Shown here: in pieces, positions 10,496 through 21,070 of the stretch | Position numbering within the stretch: the stretch's first letter is position 1 | Layout: each line of letters opens with the position of its first letter | Sequence record: NZ_CP041047.1 | Strand: one strand, 5' to 3' | DNA: 64,000 nt | From: a plasmid | The notes under the pieces: model-generated | Databases searched by the model: none | What the model was told of the DNA's origin: nothing | Seen by the model: the letters and a program-made list of their open reading frames with translations, nothing else | Program-made: the position numbers and the translations under genes

Positions 10496-10829
10496 TAATT
10501 TACTAGCAGAACTCACTTCAAAAACAGGCCTGACAGAAACGGAACTTAATCGGCAGGCATTGATTATCGGTTTGATGGCATTGTGCCACCCGGATGCTAT
10601 TGCCGGTGATTTGGTGAGCGCGGCACTTACGGGGTCATACTCAGATAGTACTGATAAACTACTTACCCGTGGTGATAACGCATCAGACAGTGTGTTGATG
10701 TCCATGCGTATCTTACTTCACCGGTTGAGTAAGTATGAAGGGTCTGATGGCAAAGTAGGTCAGATCAATAAAATGATGCACCGACTCGGCTACTTTAAGG
10801 CATCCGATGTGTTACGCGAGGCTCAATAA
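10485..10829 (+). CDS. hypothetical protein
   Basis: ATG at 10485 preceded by AAGGAG; 114 aa. Confidence 0.35.
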   Translation: MSTDNLLAELTSKTGLTETELNRQALIIGLMALCHPDAIAGDLVSAALTGSYSDSTDKLLTRGDNASDSVLMSMRILLHRLSKYEGSDGKVGQINKMMHRLGYFKASDVLREAQ

Positions 10830-11142
10830 AGAGGCTCAATTTATGTTCACCATGACGAATTTCGCGTCCAATATTCTTGACATGGTTTTTCTATCAGAAA
10901 TGGAAGGGGAACTCATTTATATAAAAGCGCTTAGCGGCGTTACTGGTTACGTTCCTCAGATCCATCTTTTCCGCCTCCAGCTTATCGCATTTGATATAGG
11001 TTGGTACTACGAGTACAGATTGAATTCAGGCAACCTCATTATAAAGGAAATTGTTGAGGCCATCACATCTCTTGGATGTGCTTTAAATGAATACCAATGG
11101 CAGTTCGCGTTTGAATTAGGTTATCGCCGTCACCACAAATAA
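10807..11142 (+). CDS. hypothetical protein
   Basis: 111-aa ORF. Confidence 0.3.
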   Translation: MCYARLNKEAQFMFTMTNFASNILDMVFLSEMEGELIYIKALSGVTGYVPQIHLFRLQLIAFDIGWYYEYRLNSGNLIIKEIVEAITSLGCALNEYQWQFAFELGYRRHHK

Positions 11143-11229
11143 ACTTCATTTTTTCATAATTTGCTATTCGTCACTTGATTGACCGGGGGTACGATTAATT
11201 TAACACGGATAATTATGGGAGACAGTAAA

Positions 11230-12498
11230 ATGACAGACGCATCTACAATAGACGCAGTTCAACCAAAGGCAAGACGCTTATCATTTAAAGAGCTTCCAGG
11301 GTTTGATATTTCTGCTGAAGCACTTCTCAAAATTATCGAAATGCCGTGTATGGTTATTCGCCGGTCTCCTGCAATGAAAGTACTGGAGATGATCACGCTG
11401 CGGTTACGTGGGGATTGTCTTTCTGCCCTTGGCATTGACTTAAACTCTGCCCAAATTACCAGTAAAGGGACGGTATCGGGGGGCAATGGTGATATGGACG
11501 TATCAGTACCTGCAACACAACTCTTTTCTTTAATCCGCAACATGCGCGGCGAAGATGAAATTAACGTCCGCTTCCATGCGGCAAAAAACCATCTTGTCAT
11601 TCGCACCGACAAAAACTCCTATAACATCCCGGTTTGCTTAGACCATATACCCGAAATTCAGGCTGAGACGCTGGAACATAATTACAGCGTTTACTTTCCA
11701 ACGCAGATGCTGAGTCAGATTATCAAGCGTGTCAGCCACGCTGCGGCTCAGAACGATGTCCGCTTTTATATGAATGGGGTCTACCTCGGTATCGATAATG
11801 GCCAATTTATTGCTGTAGCCACTGATGGACATCGTATGGCCGTCAGTTCTCATGATATCGACTTCAGCGATGACGTGGGCGATGAGATTCAATCTCCGAC
11901 AGCTCCTACCTCTATCAGTAACACGAATGCAGGTGTGATTTTACCCAACGGGGTTTTCCCCGTGCTCCATAAAATCCTGAGCGGTAGCCAGGGTCAATTC
12001 AAAATTGACTACAGCAACCGTAACCTGACATTTACGCTCGGAAGCCATACAGTCATTTCAAATCTTGTCGATGGCCGTTACCCGGACTGGAAGCGCGTGG
12101 CCAGCACGGTAGCCAAAAATACTGAACTGTTTAAGGTTGATCCTTCTGAACTCACCACCGCACTAAAACGCGCAACCCCATTGCTTAAAGAGGGCTCGCC
12201 AAACAACACCAGTGTTTGTGTGATGTCATTCAAAGACAACGCCCTACAGCTTAAGTCGCCCGGCTCAAATGCAATCAGTTGCAAAGAGGTGATGGACATT
12301 GCGAAAGAGGCAGGCGAGCCCGAAACAATTGTTGATATCGGTATGAATGCCGATTACCTCCTGGAATCACTGGCAAGCCTGGGGGCGTGTTCGGAAGAAG
12401 GAGAAGCCGCACAGATTGCTTTGCGTGATACAACGACCGGCATATTGATTTCAGTAAACAAAAACAATTACGACATCATCATGCCTGTCCGTGTCTGA
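11230..12498 (+). CDS. dnaN: DNA polymerase III beta sliding-clamp homolog
   Basis: DnaN motifs NDVRFYMNGV, AVATDGHRMAV, SNLVDGRYPDWKRV, C-terminal IIMPVRV; start ATG at 11230 after GGAGA. Confidence 0.75.
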   Translation: MTDASTIDAVQPKARRLSFKELPGFDISAEALLKIIEMPCMVIRRSPAMKVLEMITLRLRGDCLSALGIDLNSAQITSKGTVSGGNGDMDVSVPATQLFSLIRNMRGEDEINVRFHAAKNHLVIRTDKNSYNIPVCLDHIPEIQAETLEHNYSVYFPTQMLSQIIKRVSHAAAQNDVRFYMNGVYLGIDNGQFIAVATDGHRMAVSSHDIDFSDDVGDEIQSPTAPTSISNTNAGVILPNGVFPVLHKILSGSQGQFKIDYSNRNLTFTLGSHTVISNLVDGRYPDWKRVASTVAKNTELFKVDPSELTTALKRATPLLKEGSPNNTSVCVMSFKDNALQLKSPGSNAISCKEVMDIAKEAGEPETIVDIGMNADYLLESLASLGACSEEGEAAQIALRDTTTGILISVNKNNYDIIMPVRV

Positions 12499-12648
12499 CA
12501 AAACGCTCTCGTTTTGTCGGCCTTTTCGAAATAGCCAATTTCATGGGCGTGATAACGTTAAAACAAGCTTCCTGACGGGATGGCTATATGCCATCTCGCT
12601 CCCATTGGTCGCGATCACTGCGTCCTAATATTCTGGAGCCAGAATGAA

Positions 12649-13470
12649 ATGAAAAGCGTTCTGAAGTGGGTAGGAGCCAAACACAACATTATGGCAAGTC
12701 TTAAGCATGTACTACCGAAAGGTGGTCGGCTTATTGAGCCCTTTGGCGGTTCAGGCGCTGTAATGATGAATACGAATTACCCAGAATACATTTTGGCCGA
12801 TATTAATAGCGACCTGATCGATACATACCAGAGTATTTTTAAGTCGCCTGAAAAGGTACTTTCTGAGCTTAAACGCCTTTACTGTCTCGGGCGTTCTGAG
12901 GACGCCTATTATGAGCTGCGAAGCCAGTTCAATAATCATGATAGTGCAAGTGACACTCAAGCTGCTCTGTTTATCTATCTGAATAGGTTTGGCCATCGCG
13001 GACTATGCCGATACAACCGGAAAGGCATCTTTAACGTCCCCTGGGGTTATTACGCCAACCCCTATCTCCCAGAGACAGAGTTATACGCAATGGCTGAGAA
13101 AATGTCCTCAGCAACTTTACTTTGCGCCAGCTTCCAGACCACGCTATCAATGGCCCGCCCGGGTGATGTGGTGTATTGCGACCCACCATATGTTAATCCC
13201 GGCAGATTCACGGCTTACCATGCCAGCGGTTTTACACCCGCTATGCAGATTGAGCTTACCAAACTGCTCCAGTTGCTGCCTGAACGCGGGGTTCATGTCA
13301 TCGCATCATGCCACGATGCGCCTGATATTCGTGAGCTTTATCAAGCCTTCGCTATTCATGGTGTGACTGCCCGGAGAAGCATATTTAAAGGCAGCGGGGA
13401 TGGGAAAAAAGCTTCAGAAATCTTCGCGGTCAAATTAGCGGATAACTCGAAAAAGGGAGCTGCGGCATGA
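12649..13470 (+). CDS. dam: Dam-family N6-adenine (GATC) DNA methyltransferase
   Basis: LKWVGAK, EPFGGSGAV, ILADINSDLI (identical to E. coli Dam), DPPY motif. Confidence 0.85.
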   Translation: MKSVLKWVGAKHNIMASLKHVLPKGGRLIEPFGGSGAVMMNTNYPEYILADINSDLIDTYQSIFKSPEKVLSELKRLYCLGRSEDAYYELRSQFNNHDSASDTQAALFIYLNRFGHRGLCRYNRKGIFNVPWGYYANPYLPETELYAMAEKMSSATLLCASFQTTLSMARPGDVVYCDPPYVNPGRFTAYHASGFTPAMQIELTKLLQLLPERGVHVIASCHDAPDIRELYQAFAIHGVTARRSIFKGSGDGKKASEIFAVKLADNSKKGAAA

Positions 13471-13697
13471 AACGCTTCCATTGTTCTGAAAAGCTGCATA
13501 ACCCAGAGACTGAGAAATTTTGTCAGGATATCGCCGAACAATATCGGACAGCACCTGATATTGCCGTGGCGCAGTTTAAACAAGTGCTGAGCTCTAAGCC
13601 TCTAACTTACTGGGAGTGTGTCGTGATCCGCGAGCGTGTCTCTGACCTTATTAAAATTAATCAAGCAACAGCTGAGGGCCACGATGAGCCAATTTAA
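13467..13697 (+). CDS. small hypothetical protein (ATGA overlap with dam stop)
   Basis: 76-aa ORF translationally coupled. Confidence 0.3.
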   Translation: MKRFHCSEKLHNPETEKFCQDIAEQYRTAPDIAVAQFKQVLSSKPLTYWECVVIRERVSDLIKINQATAEGHDEPI

Positions 13698-14667
13698 ACC
13701 CAAAAGCCTTGTAGTCTACCGCATCCAAAAAGCTCTGGAATTAGACAAGCTGGATGAACAGTTAAGTGAGTTGAAATACACTCCCTGCGGGCCTAATGAT
13801 ATGGCACGGTCAGGATGGATCCCGCCATTGGGTGAAGATGTCGAGCTGTTAAAGCATGAGTCGAATAATCTCATTCTTCTGACTGTTAAGCACGAATCGA
13901 AAATACTTCCTCCCGCGACCATCAAAGAAATTGTGCGAACCCGGGTTCAGAAACTGGAGAAAGAGCAAAACCGCAGGCTAAAGAAAATGGAGATCCAGGC
14001 CGTCAACGATGCCGTGCTCGCTGAGCTCATACCAAAGGCTTTCAGCAAATACAGCACTACAAACATTTGGGTGGATACTAAATCACGTCTACTGCTTGTT
14101 GAGACCACCAGCCATAAAAAAGCAGATGATGTAACAGCTTTGCTACGTAAAACTATTGGCTCACTTCCAATTATCCCATTCACGCTGGAAACGCCGGTAG
14201 AACTGACGTTAACAGAGTGGGTCAAAACAGGAAGTCTGCCGCCTGGCCTAGCTTTATGCGACGAAGCCACGCTCAAAGATGTGCTCGAAAACGGGGGGGT
14301 CGTTACAACAAAACGCCAGGATTTGATATGTGATGAGATCGCTCATCACATCGAGGCCGGAAAGCTTGTGACAAAGGTTGCACTGGGCTGGATGAACCAG
14401 ATGTTTTTCATCCTGAATGACAATTTCATCTTTTCACGACTGACCTTTACGGAAGAACTTATTGAACAGAACGATGACATTTCGCCAGAAGATCACGCCC
14501 AAAGATTTGATGCCGATTTCGTTTTGTTTACCTCTGTTGTTATGGAGGTTCTGGACACAATGATAAAAGCCCTCGGGGGTGAAAGCCCAGGACTCATCAC
14601 AACGCCGTCAGACGAACAACAAGGTGTCGCGGCAGAAGCCAAACAACCAGAAAAAACCTTCCATTAA
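13684..14667 (+). CDS. rdgC: recombination-associated protein RdgC homolog
   Basis: collinear similarity to E. coli RdgC (ILPPATIKE, LRKTIGSLPIIP, LTLTEWVKTGS, HIEAGKLVTK, QRFDADF). Confidence 0.8.
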   Translation: MSQFKPKSLVVYRIQKALELDKLDEQLSELKYTPCGPNDMARSGWIPPLGEDVELLKHESNNLILLTVKHESKILPPATIKEIVRTRVQKLEKEQNRRLKKMEIQAVNDAVLAELIPKAFSKYSTTNIWVDTKSRLLLVETTSHKKADDVTALLRKTIGSLPIIPFTLETPVELTLTEWVKTGSLPPGLALCDEATLKDVLENGGVVTTKRQDLICDEIAHHIEAGKLVTKVALGWMNQMFFILNDNFIFSRLTFTEELIEQNDDISPEDHAQRFDADFVLFTSVVMEVLDTMIKALGGESPGLITTPSDEQQGVAAEAKQPEKTFH

Positions 14668-14678
14668 AGGGCTGAGAG

Positions 14679-15557
14679 ATGATTACAGCTACAGAACTCC
14701 AAGAGTTATCACGCCAGGTTGAAAATGCTAACATTGCCCGAGCCCTGGCAGTTAAAGAGTTGGTTAAAGAGACAAGAGATCGTCAGTTTTCATTGTGGGC
14801 GCTATTTATTGGTCTCTTCAGAGAGACACCGGCGCGAAAAAAGCTGAACGAATGTGAATTGCATCTTAACCTGCTGCTGCCAAAATGCAGGAGCATCTTT
14901 CTTCAATACGTAGTTATGTCCTCGTTGGAAGAAATTTCGAAATCACCAGATTGTGAGATTTATCAGCATCTAGTCAACTGCTGGAAAGAAGCTCAGATAA
15001 AATATAACGAGTCAGGCAGACGACTCAAACTTGCAGAAAATGCCCGTGAACTATTAAAAACAGCAAAGGATGAATGTAATAGTGCTTCCACAACTGAATT
15101 TCTGGATATGGTTACTACCAGTAAAGCAATATCCATACTTTCAGCAATAGACACATCCTCTGCGAGTAGTTCGTTAAAGAGAGCTATGGGTGCGCTTAAG
15201 CGATTAGCAGATGAAATGCCTGCCCGGCAATCACCTATTGATTCAAATTTACCAGATGACACGCTTGATCTGTTTGTCGATCTGACTATAAATCCTGTTA
15301 TCGATATTCTCTCCTGGTTAAATATTGAAAAGCTGGATAATGCCGAAGTGCAGTGCAGCAAAGCCTTAAAGAAACTTCAGACGTTATTAGGACAACTGGG
15401 TGCTGAGCATGATTTGAGAACTAAGGATTATCAATCTCAATTAGATACGCTTAAGAGAATTGAACAACCATACATCAAAAAGGTGATGCGGCATATACCC
15501 GAAAATATGAAGTTCAAGGAGCCTGAGTATCTCCAGACTATAGGAATGAACCCATGA
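14679..15557 (+). CDS. hypothetical protein
   Basis: 292-aa ORF. Confidence 0.4.
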   Translation: MITATELQELSRQVENANIARALAVKELVKETRDRQFSLWALFIGLFRETPARKKLNECELHLNLLLPKCRSIFLQYVVMSSLEEISKSPDCEIYQHLVNCWKEAQIKYNESGRRLKLAENARELLKTAKDECNSASTTEFLDMVTTSKAISILSAIDTSSASSSLKRAMGALKRLADEMPARQSPIDSNLPDDTLDLFVDLTINPVIDILSWLNIEKLDNAEVQCSKALKKLQTLLGQLGAEHDLRTKDYQSQLDTLKRIEQPYIKKVMRHIPENMKFKEPEYLQTIGMNP

Positions 15558-16156
15558 CTCTAAAATATATAATCGCTCTCGCAATATTTCTGACATTTGT
15601 GTGCTTTGCAGCTTTCATACTTATCTACGCGAGTCGAACAAAACGAGAACAACAACAAACTCAGCAACCTTTGGACGAGCATGATCAGCAGGCAGATATT
15701 AATGCCGATGCCGACGAGAACGCCGCACTTGATGGGTTGAGCGAGTACTTCATCAAAAAAAATTCGATATTGCCAAAAGTCCTGATGGATCTTTATGTGC
15801 GCTTGAGTGCGGTGTTCAATGGTCAGTACATTATCGCACCCCAGGTGCTTGCCCGGGACTTAGTAGAGCTGGAGCTCGAAGATGAACCGGTTGCCCCGGT
15901 TGACGTACTTCAGGCGCAACAGTACGCAGATGAATTCGTGTTCGATTTTGTTCTCTCCGATGCGCATACCGGGGAACTAGTGCTAGCAATGATCAATGAA
16001 GATGCTATCAGCGCTCAGCCTGAAGGAGAGTTCATTATTGCCCTTTTTAAAAGAACTCACATTCCTGTCTTTCGCTATGAAACGTTGTCAGGCTTGGACG
16101 ATAACGCCCTGGCAGTCAACATCGCTGAATCAATAGACGATGGCCGATTCTCTTAG
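15554..16156 (+). CDS. membrane-anchored protein with DUF2726-like (restriction-endonuclease-fold) C-terminal domain
   Basis: N-terminal TM helix; FDFVLSD...EGEFIIALFKRTHIPVFRY resembles DUF2726 core. Confidence 0.4.
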   Translation: MTLKYIIALAIFLTFVCFAAFILIYASRTKREQQQTQQPLDEHDQQADINADADENAALDGLSEYFIKKNSILPKVLMDLYVRLSAVFNGQYIIAPQVLARDLVELELEDEPVAPVDVLQAQQYADEFVFDFVLSDAHTGELVLAMINEDAISAQPEGEFIIALFKRTHIPVFRYETLSGLDDNALAVNIAESIDDGRFS

Positions 16157-16174
16157 TTCCACAAGGAATTTATT

Positions 16175-16603
16175 ATGTCTCTGTCAAAAAAACAAAGAAT
16201 AGTACTGAGGGCTAAATTTGGTGGTCGATGTGCATATTGTGGCGAGGTACTGAAAGAAAAAGGTTGGCACGCTGATCACGTAGAACCTGTGCTAAGGAAA
16301 TCCGTACAGGATATGCAAGCTGCGGCCAGAGGGAAATTTAAGCTTAAGGCTACCGGTGAAGTGTTTAATGAAAGTGCCAACTGCTTAGAAAATCTTTTCC
16401 CAGCCTGTGCGCCCTGCAATCTGCTCAAAACAACATATTCACTGGAAATGTTCCGCAAACAAATAAGTTTACAGGTTGAAAGGGCACGGAAGAGTAGTAT
16501 GAATTTCAGAACGGCAGAAAGATTCGGCCAGATAAGCATTGTAGAGAAACCCATTGTTTTCTGGTTTGAACAGTATTCAGAGAAAAATGGTGCTATCAAA
16601 TAA
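16175..16603 (+). CDS. HNH endonuclease
   Basis: CAYCGEVL...HADHVEP...NLFPACAPCN HNH/zinc-finger motifs. Confidence 0.65.
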   Translation: MSLSKKQRIVLRAKFGGRCAYCGEVLKEKGWHADHVEPVLRKSVQDMQAAARGKFKLKATGEVFNESANCLENLFPACAPCNLLKTTYSLEMFRKQISLQVERARKSSMNFRTAERFGQISIVEKPIVFWFEQYSEKNGAIK

Positions 16604-16700
16604 ACGACTAATTTAACATTATCATGGCGCGTATCGCGCACTGCTTCGTCAAATATTCAGCCGTGATAATATTGTTTAGTAGGCCCATTACGGAGCGTAT

Positions 16701-17183
16701 ATGACTAATCATACAAACTGGACTGGAGACCTGACCGAAGGCGCAACTATATTTGTAGCCACACCAGATGGCCAGCTCAGCAAATGTAGAGTCGAGTCCG
16801 TTCGAGACCGACATTTCTCGGTCGAGGGTATTGAACGTGAATTCGATAAGTTGAATGCCTGCTCAGTTGATGGGTTACTACACTCTTACCCCGACGATTT
16901 CGAGTCGAGGGAGTTATTTGGTCTGTGCCAGCAAAAAAACAGGCTCAAGTCTCTGCAAATTGATTCATTATCGTTACAGCAAGTCCAGTACATGCTGGCT
17001 GGCCTGGAACTTGCCAGGAAGAGATATGGATACCAGTACCGAGGCAGCAAAGCCGTAGATACCAATCAGAAGGGTAGACTGGCCATGAGCATTGATGATT
17101 CGCTTCACCCAATTCAGATCGCTTATATACTGGCAGGTTTAAAATTATCTCTCCTTCAAACAGAGGTGAACCATGACTGCTAA
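16701..17183 (+). CDS. hypothetical protein
   Basis: 160-aa ORF. Confidence 0.35.
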   Translation: MTNHTNWTGDLTEGATIFVATPDGQLSKCRVESVRDRHFSVEGIEREFDKLNACSVDGLLHSYPDDFESRELFGLCQQKNRLKSLQIDSLSLQQVQYMLAGLELARKRYGYQYRGSKAVDTNQKGRLAMSIDDSLHPIQIAYILAGLKLSLLQTEVNHDC

Positions 17184-17613
17184 CCAACGTAAACGTCCTT
17201 CGCGTAACAATCGAGCTGTCCAGTTAACGTCCGAGCAGCTGGTAGAAGCGAAGACGCTTGACCTGAAAGCCCACCATTCGTTTAAAAACCTTATGGGTCT
17301 TGCTGCAATCAGTGTCGTGGTGTTTGTCTGTCTTGGCTCCTTGATCCATAAACAACGCTCAGTAATGAACGAATGGGACCTGGGTGAAGTGATCAGAGGC
17401 GTTGATTTGAAAGCCGGAACCCTCGCAAAAAACAACTTTTTCATCACCAACAAAGGGCAGTTTGAAGCAAGTGGCGTTACAGTGTCACTTACGGGTACAA
17501 AACTGAAATTACAGCAGCATCAGGACGGAAAATATTACGTTTGTAATTCTGCAACAGGTGATTGTGTTCTGGTATCCGATGTACAAGCTGAAAAAATTCG
17601 TGACCAGCTGTAG
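17173..17613 (+). CDS. hypothetical membrane protein
   Basis: 146 aa, one TM helix; overlaps previous ORF. Confidence 0.35.
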   Translation: MTANQRKRPSRNNRAVQLTSEQLVEAKTLDLKAHHSFKNLMGLAAISVVVFVCLGSLIHKQRSVMNEWDLGEVIRGVDLKAGTLAKNNFFITNKGQFEASGVTVSLTGTKLKLQQHQDGKYYVCNSATGDCVLVSDVQAEKIRDQL

Positions 17614-17664
17614 CGAGGGGAAAATATCGGTTACTGTCACCGGTAACCGAAGGAACCTTCGTAT

Positions 17665-18249
17665 ATGTCACGACAAGAAGCCGCAACGCAGTTATTTATG
17701 TCTGCACCACCAGCAAGTATTGATGTCGTTATTGAGCAGCTGGAAAGGGACGCTCAAGCAGCCGGTATCGATATCCATACAATCTCTGTAATGGCCAGCC
17801 TGTTACGTGATCGAATAGAAGCATACAGTGACGTGCTTAAAATCGAGCCTGAGCGGGTGATACACGCACTTGAGGTACTGCGAGGTACGGAAGTGCCGTG
17901 GGCTTTTTACACTCCGTCCAGGCTACCTGAGCTTGAAGATGTTCATTGCTGGGAAACTCCTCACGATTTTGACCAAGACCTAGGTGAACACCAGCTGCGG
18001 CGCTATATTTGCCCTAAATGCGAGCATGAATCAACCGACCCAATGCGCTGCACGGCTGGCCATGCTCCTGGAGTTAACCAGTATCCTGAAAGCTGTGATG
18101 CCACTATCTGGAATTCGCCCGATTCTTGGGATAGTATTAACCCTATAATAAAATTAATTATCAAATCTACGTTCCTGGCTGACCTGACTGTTCATACAAT
18201 CTTCTATCCAAAAGGGTTGAAGCTTCCTGAAATTCAGGACGTTGAGTAG
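17665..18249 (+). CDS. hypothetical protein
   Basis: 194-aa ORF with Cys cluster CPKCEHE. Confidence 0.35.
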   Translation: MSRQEAATQLFMSAPPASIDVVIEQLERDAQAAGIDIHTISVMASLLRDRIEAYSDVLKIEPERVIHALEVLRGTEVPWAFYTPSRLPELEDVHCWETPHDFDQDLGEHQLRRYICPKCEHESTDPMRCTAGHAPGVNQYPESCDATIWNSPDSWDSINPIIKLIIKSTFLADLTVHTIFYPKGLKLPEIQDVE

Positions 18250-18294
18250 TCTGCTTCGGGCTCTGTGATCTGATAGTTATATATACCTCATTTA

Positions 18295-18321
18295 AGACCC
18301 CTTACTGGGGTCTCTTTTTTT
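18295..18321 (+). terminator. rho-independent terminator
   Basis: AGACCCCTTACTGGGGTCT hairpin followed by CTTTTTTTT. Confidence 0.65.
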
Positions 18322-18440
18322 GGACTTCCGCCGTGCTATGTACTTCACGGTATCCCCAAATATCCCGGCTTATGTAGTTCGTCGATTTGCTTCGTCACCT
18401 GCCATACCTGTCTCATAATTTCTCTATTTGGAGAAATCTG

Positions 18441-20150
18441 ATGAACCTACCGACAGCTGTATTAGCGAATAACGATGAAAATGAATCAGACGTCCTCAGC
18501 CTTTATGCTAATCCCGTAGACAGTCAAAGTGGCCTCATTGAACATGACGGCTTTCAAAAACTAAATGCCATGCGCGATCTGCTGGTGGAATACAACACAA
18601 CACTGAAGCACATGCAGGCCATGTATGATGCAGTGATGCGGAACCGGCATGATGAAGCATGGCGCATGTTCTGTGATTCTTGTGACAATTCCATCAAATA
18701 TACGCTGGCTGTAGAAAATTTGTTCTGTATAGAACGGGCCCGCTGTGCTCTCGATGAAAAGTACTGGCAAAAGCTGCTCGATCTGACCGGCGTAAAACCA
18801 TTTATGCCCACCGAAAGATACGATGACTGGAACGAAGGATTAAGGGCATGGCGAAAATCATCAGAATCAAATTTTGAGAAGCTTAAGCCTGTACCCTTCA
18901 ACGAAGAAAGTATCTTTTCTACCGCATTCGCATTGAATGAAGAGAAAAAAGACTACTTCGCCCAGATGGTTCATGGTGTGTTTGAAAAGCTCTCCGCTCT
19001 GCATAAGACTAACCGTGCCCAGGGCTTCAGCAACAAACTCATCATAGCCAGCTGCTTACCAAGTAGAGATAACCGCAGATCCTATGACTATCTCAACTAT
19101 TTTAATGACCTTCGTAAGGTTATTGGACTGATGTATGGACGAAGCGGTGCTGAGGATGTGAATTCGGCTGCGGTCAAAGAGTACATGATGAGTAACCCTG
19201 GCGAATGGGTAAGTATTGATAACGATAGTCTTAAAGTGAAGGGGTTTATTAACGGCAATGTGCATATCCTGATTGAGGAGGAAACTTGTGACAATCTCAA
19301 TCTGGTACTATCCCATTTAATGCCAGGCTGCATTCCTCTCGATCGCCGATACACCACCGGCCATAACTCCGCAAGAACTGTAAAAACCAATGAATATCGG
19401 TCGCAGTTGATATCATTCTCTGCTGTTAACTCCTTAATATCATATGCCACTGACCATTTGAACGCGGGCAAACACCTGTCACCGGGGCCGCACACTTTTA
19501 TCCTGCGGGACAACCAGTCTGTTAGTGAGAAAAAAGAACTGGTGAACATATGGGAGTCATTGGGTGCTGTCAGAAGATATAGAGAAGTATATGACTTTGA
19601 CTTTAGCCCCGTTGAAGCATTCAAACTTCTGGCATTACATGGTTCTATACCTGACCGCTATACGCACCAGTTCTATGCAACGGTCGGAGAACTCCAGAAA
19701 CGAGCAATTGATGAATGTATGGTGGCTTCAGGTATGCGTTTGCTGGAACCGAATATCGGTCTTGGTGCGCTACTGAAAGGGTTACCAGAGGGGGTGGATG
19801 TTACTGGTTTTGATATACACCCCGCAGCTGTTGCAATTACTGGCCTGCGCTGGAACGTCACCCTTAATGATTTTCTATTGGTCAAGCCTGAAAATACCGG
19901 CTTGTTTGAAAGAATTCTGATGAATCCTCCATTTAGTGACTCACGCTGGATTGCACATTTTCAACATGCGATGAGATTCCTGAAACCGGGAGGACGCTTG
20001 ATAGCAATACTGCCAGGGAGCGCAAAGGAGCATCTTTTAACCCGAGAAGCTGGGCCCGGTTACGACATCAATATTCTGGGTTGCTATGACAACGCCTTTG
20101 AAGGAACCGCAGAATCCATAAAACTTTTCTCCGTTGATGCCCATGAATAG
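18441..20150 (+). CDS. N6-adenine DNA methyltransferase (unknown N-terminal domain fused to amino-MTase domain)
   Basis: C-terminal LEPNIGLGALL (motif I-like) and NPPF (motif IV); start ATG 18441 after GGAGA. Confidence 0.6.
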   Translation: MNLPTAVLANNDENESDVLSLYANPVDSQSGLIEHDGFQKLNAMRDLLVEYNTTLKHMQAMYDAVMRNRHDEAWRMFCDSCDNSIKYTLAVENLFCIERARCALDEKYWQKLLDLTGVKPFMPTERYDDWNEGLRAWRKSSESNFEKLKPVPFNEESIFSTAFALNEEKKDYFAQMVHGVFEKLSALHKTNRAQGFSNKLIIASCLPSRDNRRSYDYLNYFNDLRKVIGLMYGRSGAEDVNSAAVKEYMMSNPGEWVSIDNDSLKVKGFINGNVHILIEEETCDNLNLVLSHLMPGCIPLDRRYTTGHNSARTVKTNEYRSQLISFSAVNSLISYATDHLNAGKHLSPGPHTFILRDNQSVSEKKELVNIWESLGAVRRYREVYDFDFSPVEAFKLLALHGSIPDRYTHQFYATVGELQKRAIDECMVASGMRLLEPNIGLGALLKGLPEGVDVTGFDIHPAAVAITGLRWNVTLNDFLLVKPENTGLFERILMNPPFSDSRWIAHFQHAMRFLKPGGRLIAILPGSAKEHLLTREAGPGYDINILGCYDNAFEGTAESIKLFSVDAHE

Positions 20151-20303
20151 TGGGGAAAGGAAGAGCTGGTCGAGTTAATTTCGTCACCCGTAACTGAACA
20201 GAAAAAATGAGATAGAGAAAAAGCCGTCAGTTTGTCGATGTTAAATGCTATTCAAATTTTTCAACATGCGACAATTGAGCCAACTACATGAAGAGGAAAC
20301 ACA

Positions 20304-21059
20304 ATGTCAGCATTTCTCATCAATAAATTATCTTTCGAAGATACCAAACAAATAATGTTGTCCTCCATGAAAACAATGGCATCTCTTCATGGTATTTTGG
20401 CAATATTCTTGCCGATAATTGCTGGTGGTGGACTCCTGACACTCATCATGAAAAATGTGACAATGGAGGGGCTTGCATTTTTTATCTTACAGCCAGTTGT
20501 ACTCACCCTCTACCTTACGGCTATCTTATGCCGATATCAAAGCTCAGAGCTAAGATTGAATATCTGGGAAGAACTACGCAACTTTATCGTTGTGTTAGTT
20601 TATGCATTATTCCTGACCGTACTAATGATCGTAATATTGTGGTTAGTCAAATTTATGATTGCTTCAGCGGTTGCGGGTGAAACCAACCATGTTGAATATA
20701 AACAACCAACATTAACAAGCATTAGTCTGGCTTACTCCAACCTAATAGTGTATTTCAATATGTACGCCCTTGCCACTTTGAGCGTATTTATCGCTACGCC
20801 AATGCTCGTTTTATTCATACCAACAGTTACGCGGTGTAAAGGTTCTCTGCTGAAAAGTATACCAGTCATTTGTAAAAGTACTTTTATGAATATTGGGCCG
20901 TTGTTCGCATTTTCAGCTATCTCTGGTGTTGTTTTACTTTCGTGGTCATACTTTTCGCTCAGGTATGAATGGTTAATCCCGGCAGCAACTATACCTCTGG
21001 CCTACTTATCAATATTGAATTACCAGCTGTCTGAAGCAGCATTGCCTCGTAACCAATAA
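20304..21059 (+). CDS. polytopic membrane protein
   Basis: 251 aa, about six hydrophobic helices. Confidence 0.45.
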   Translation: MSAFLINKLSFEDTKQIMLSSMKTMASLHGILAIFLPIIAGGGLLTLIMKNVTMEGLAFFILQPVVLTLYLTAILCRYQSSELRLNIWEELRNFIVVLVYALFLTVLMIVILWLVKFMIASAVAGETNHVEYKQPTLTSISLAYSNLIVYFNMYALATLSVFIATPMLVLFIPTVTRCKGSLLKSIPVICKSTFMNIGPLFAFSAISGVVLLSWSYFSLRYEWLIPAATIPLAYLSILNYQLSEAALPRNQ

Positions 21060-21070
21060 AAAGGAAACCT

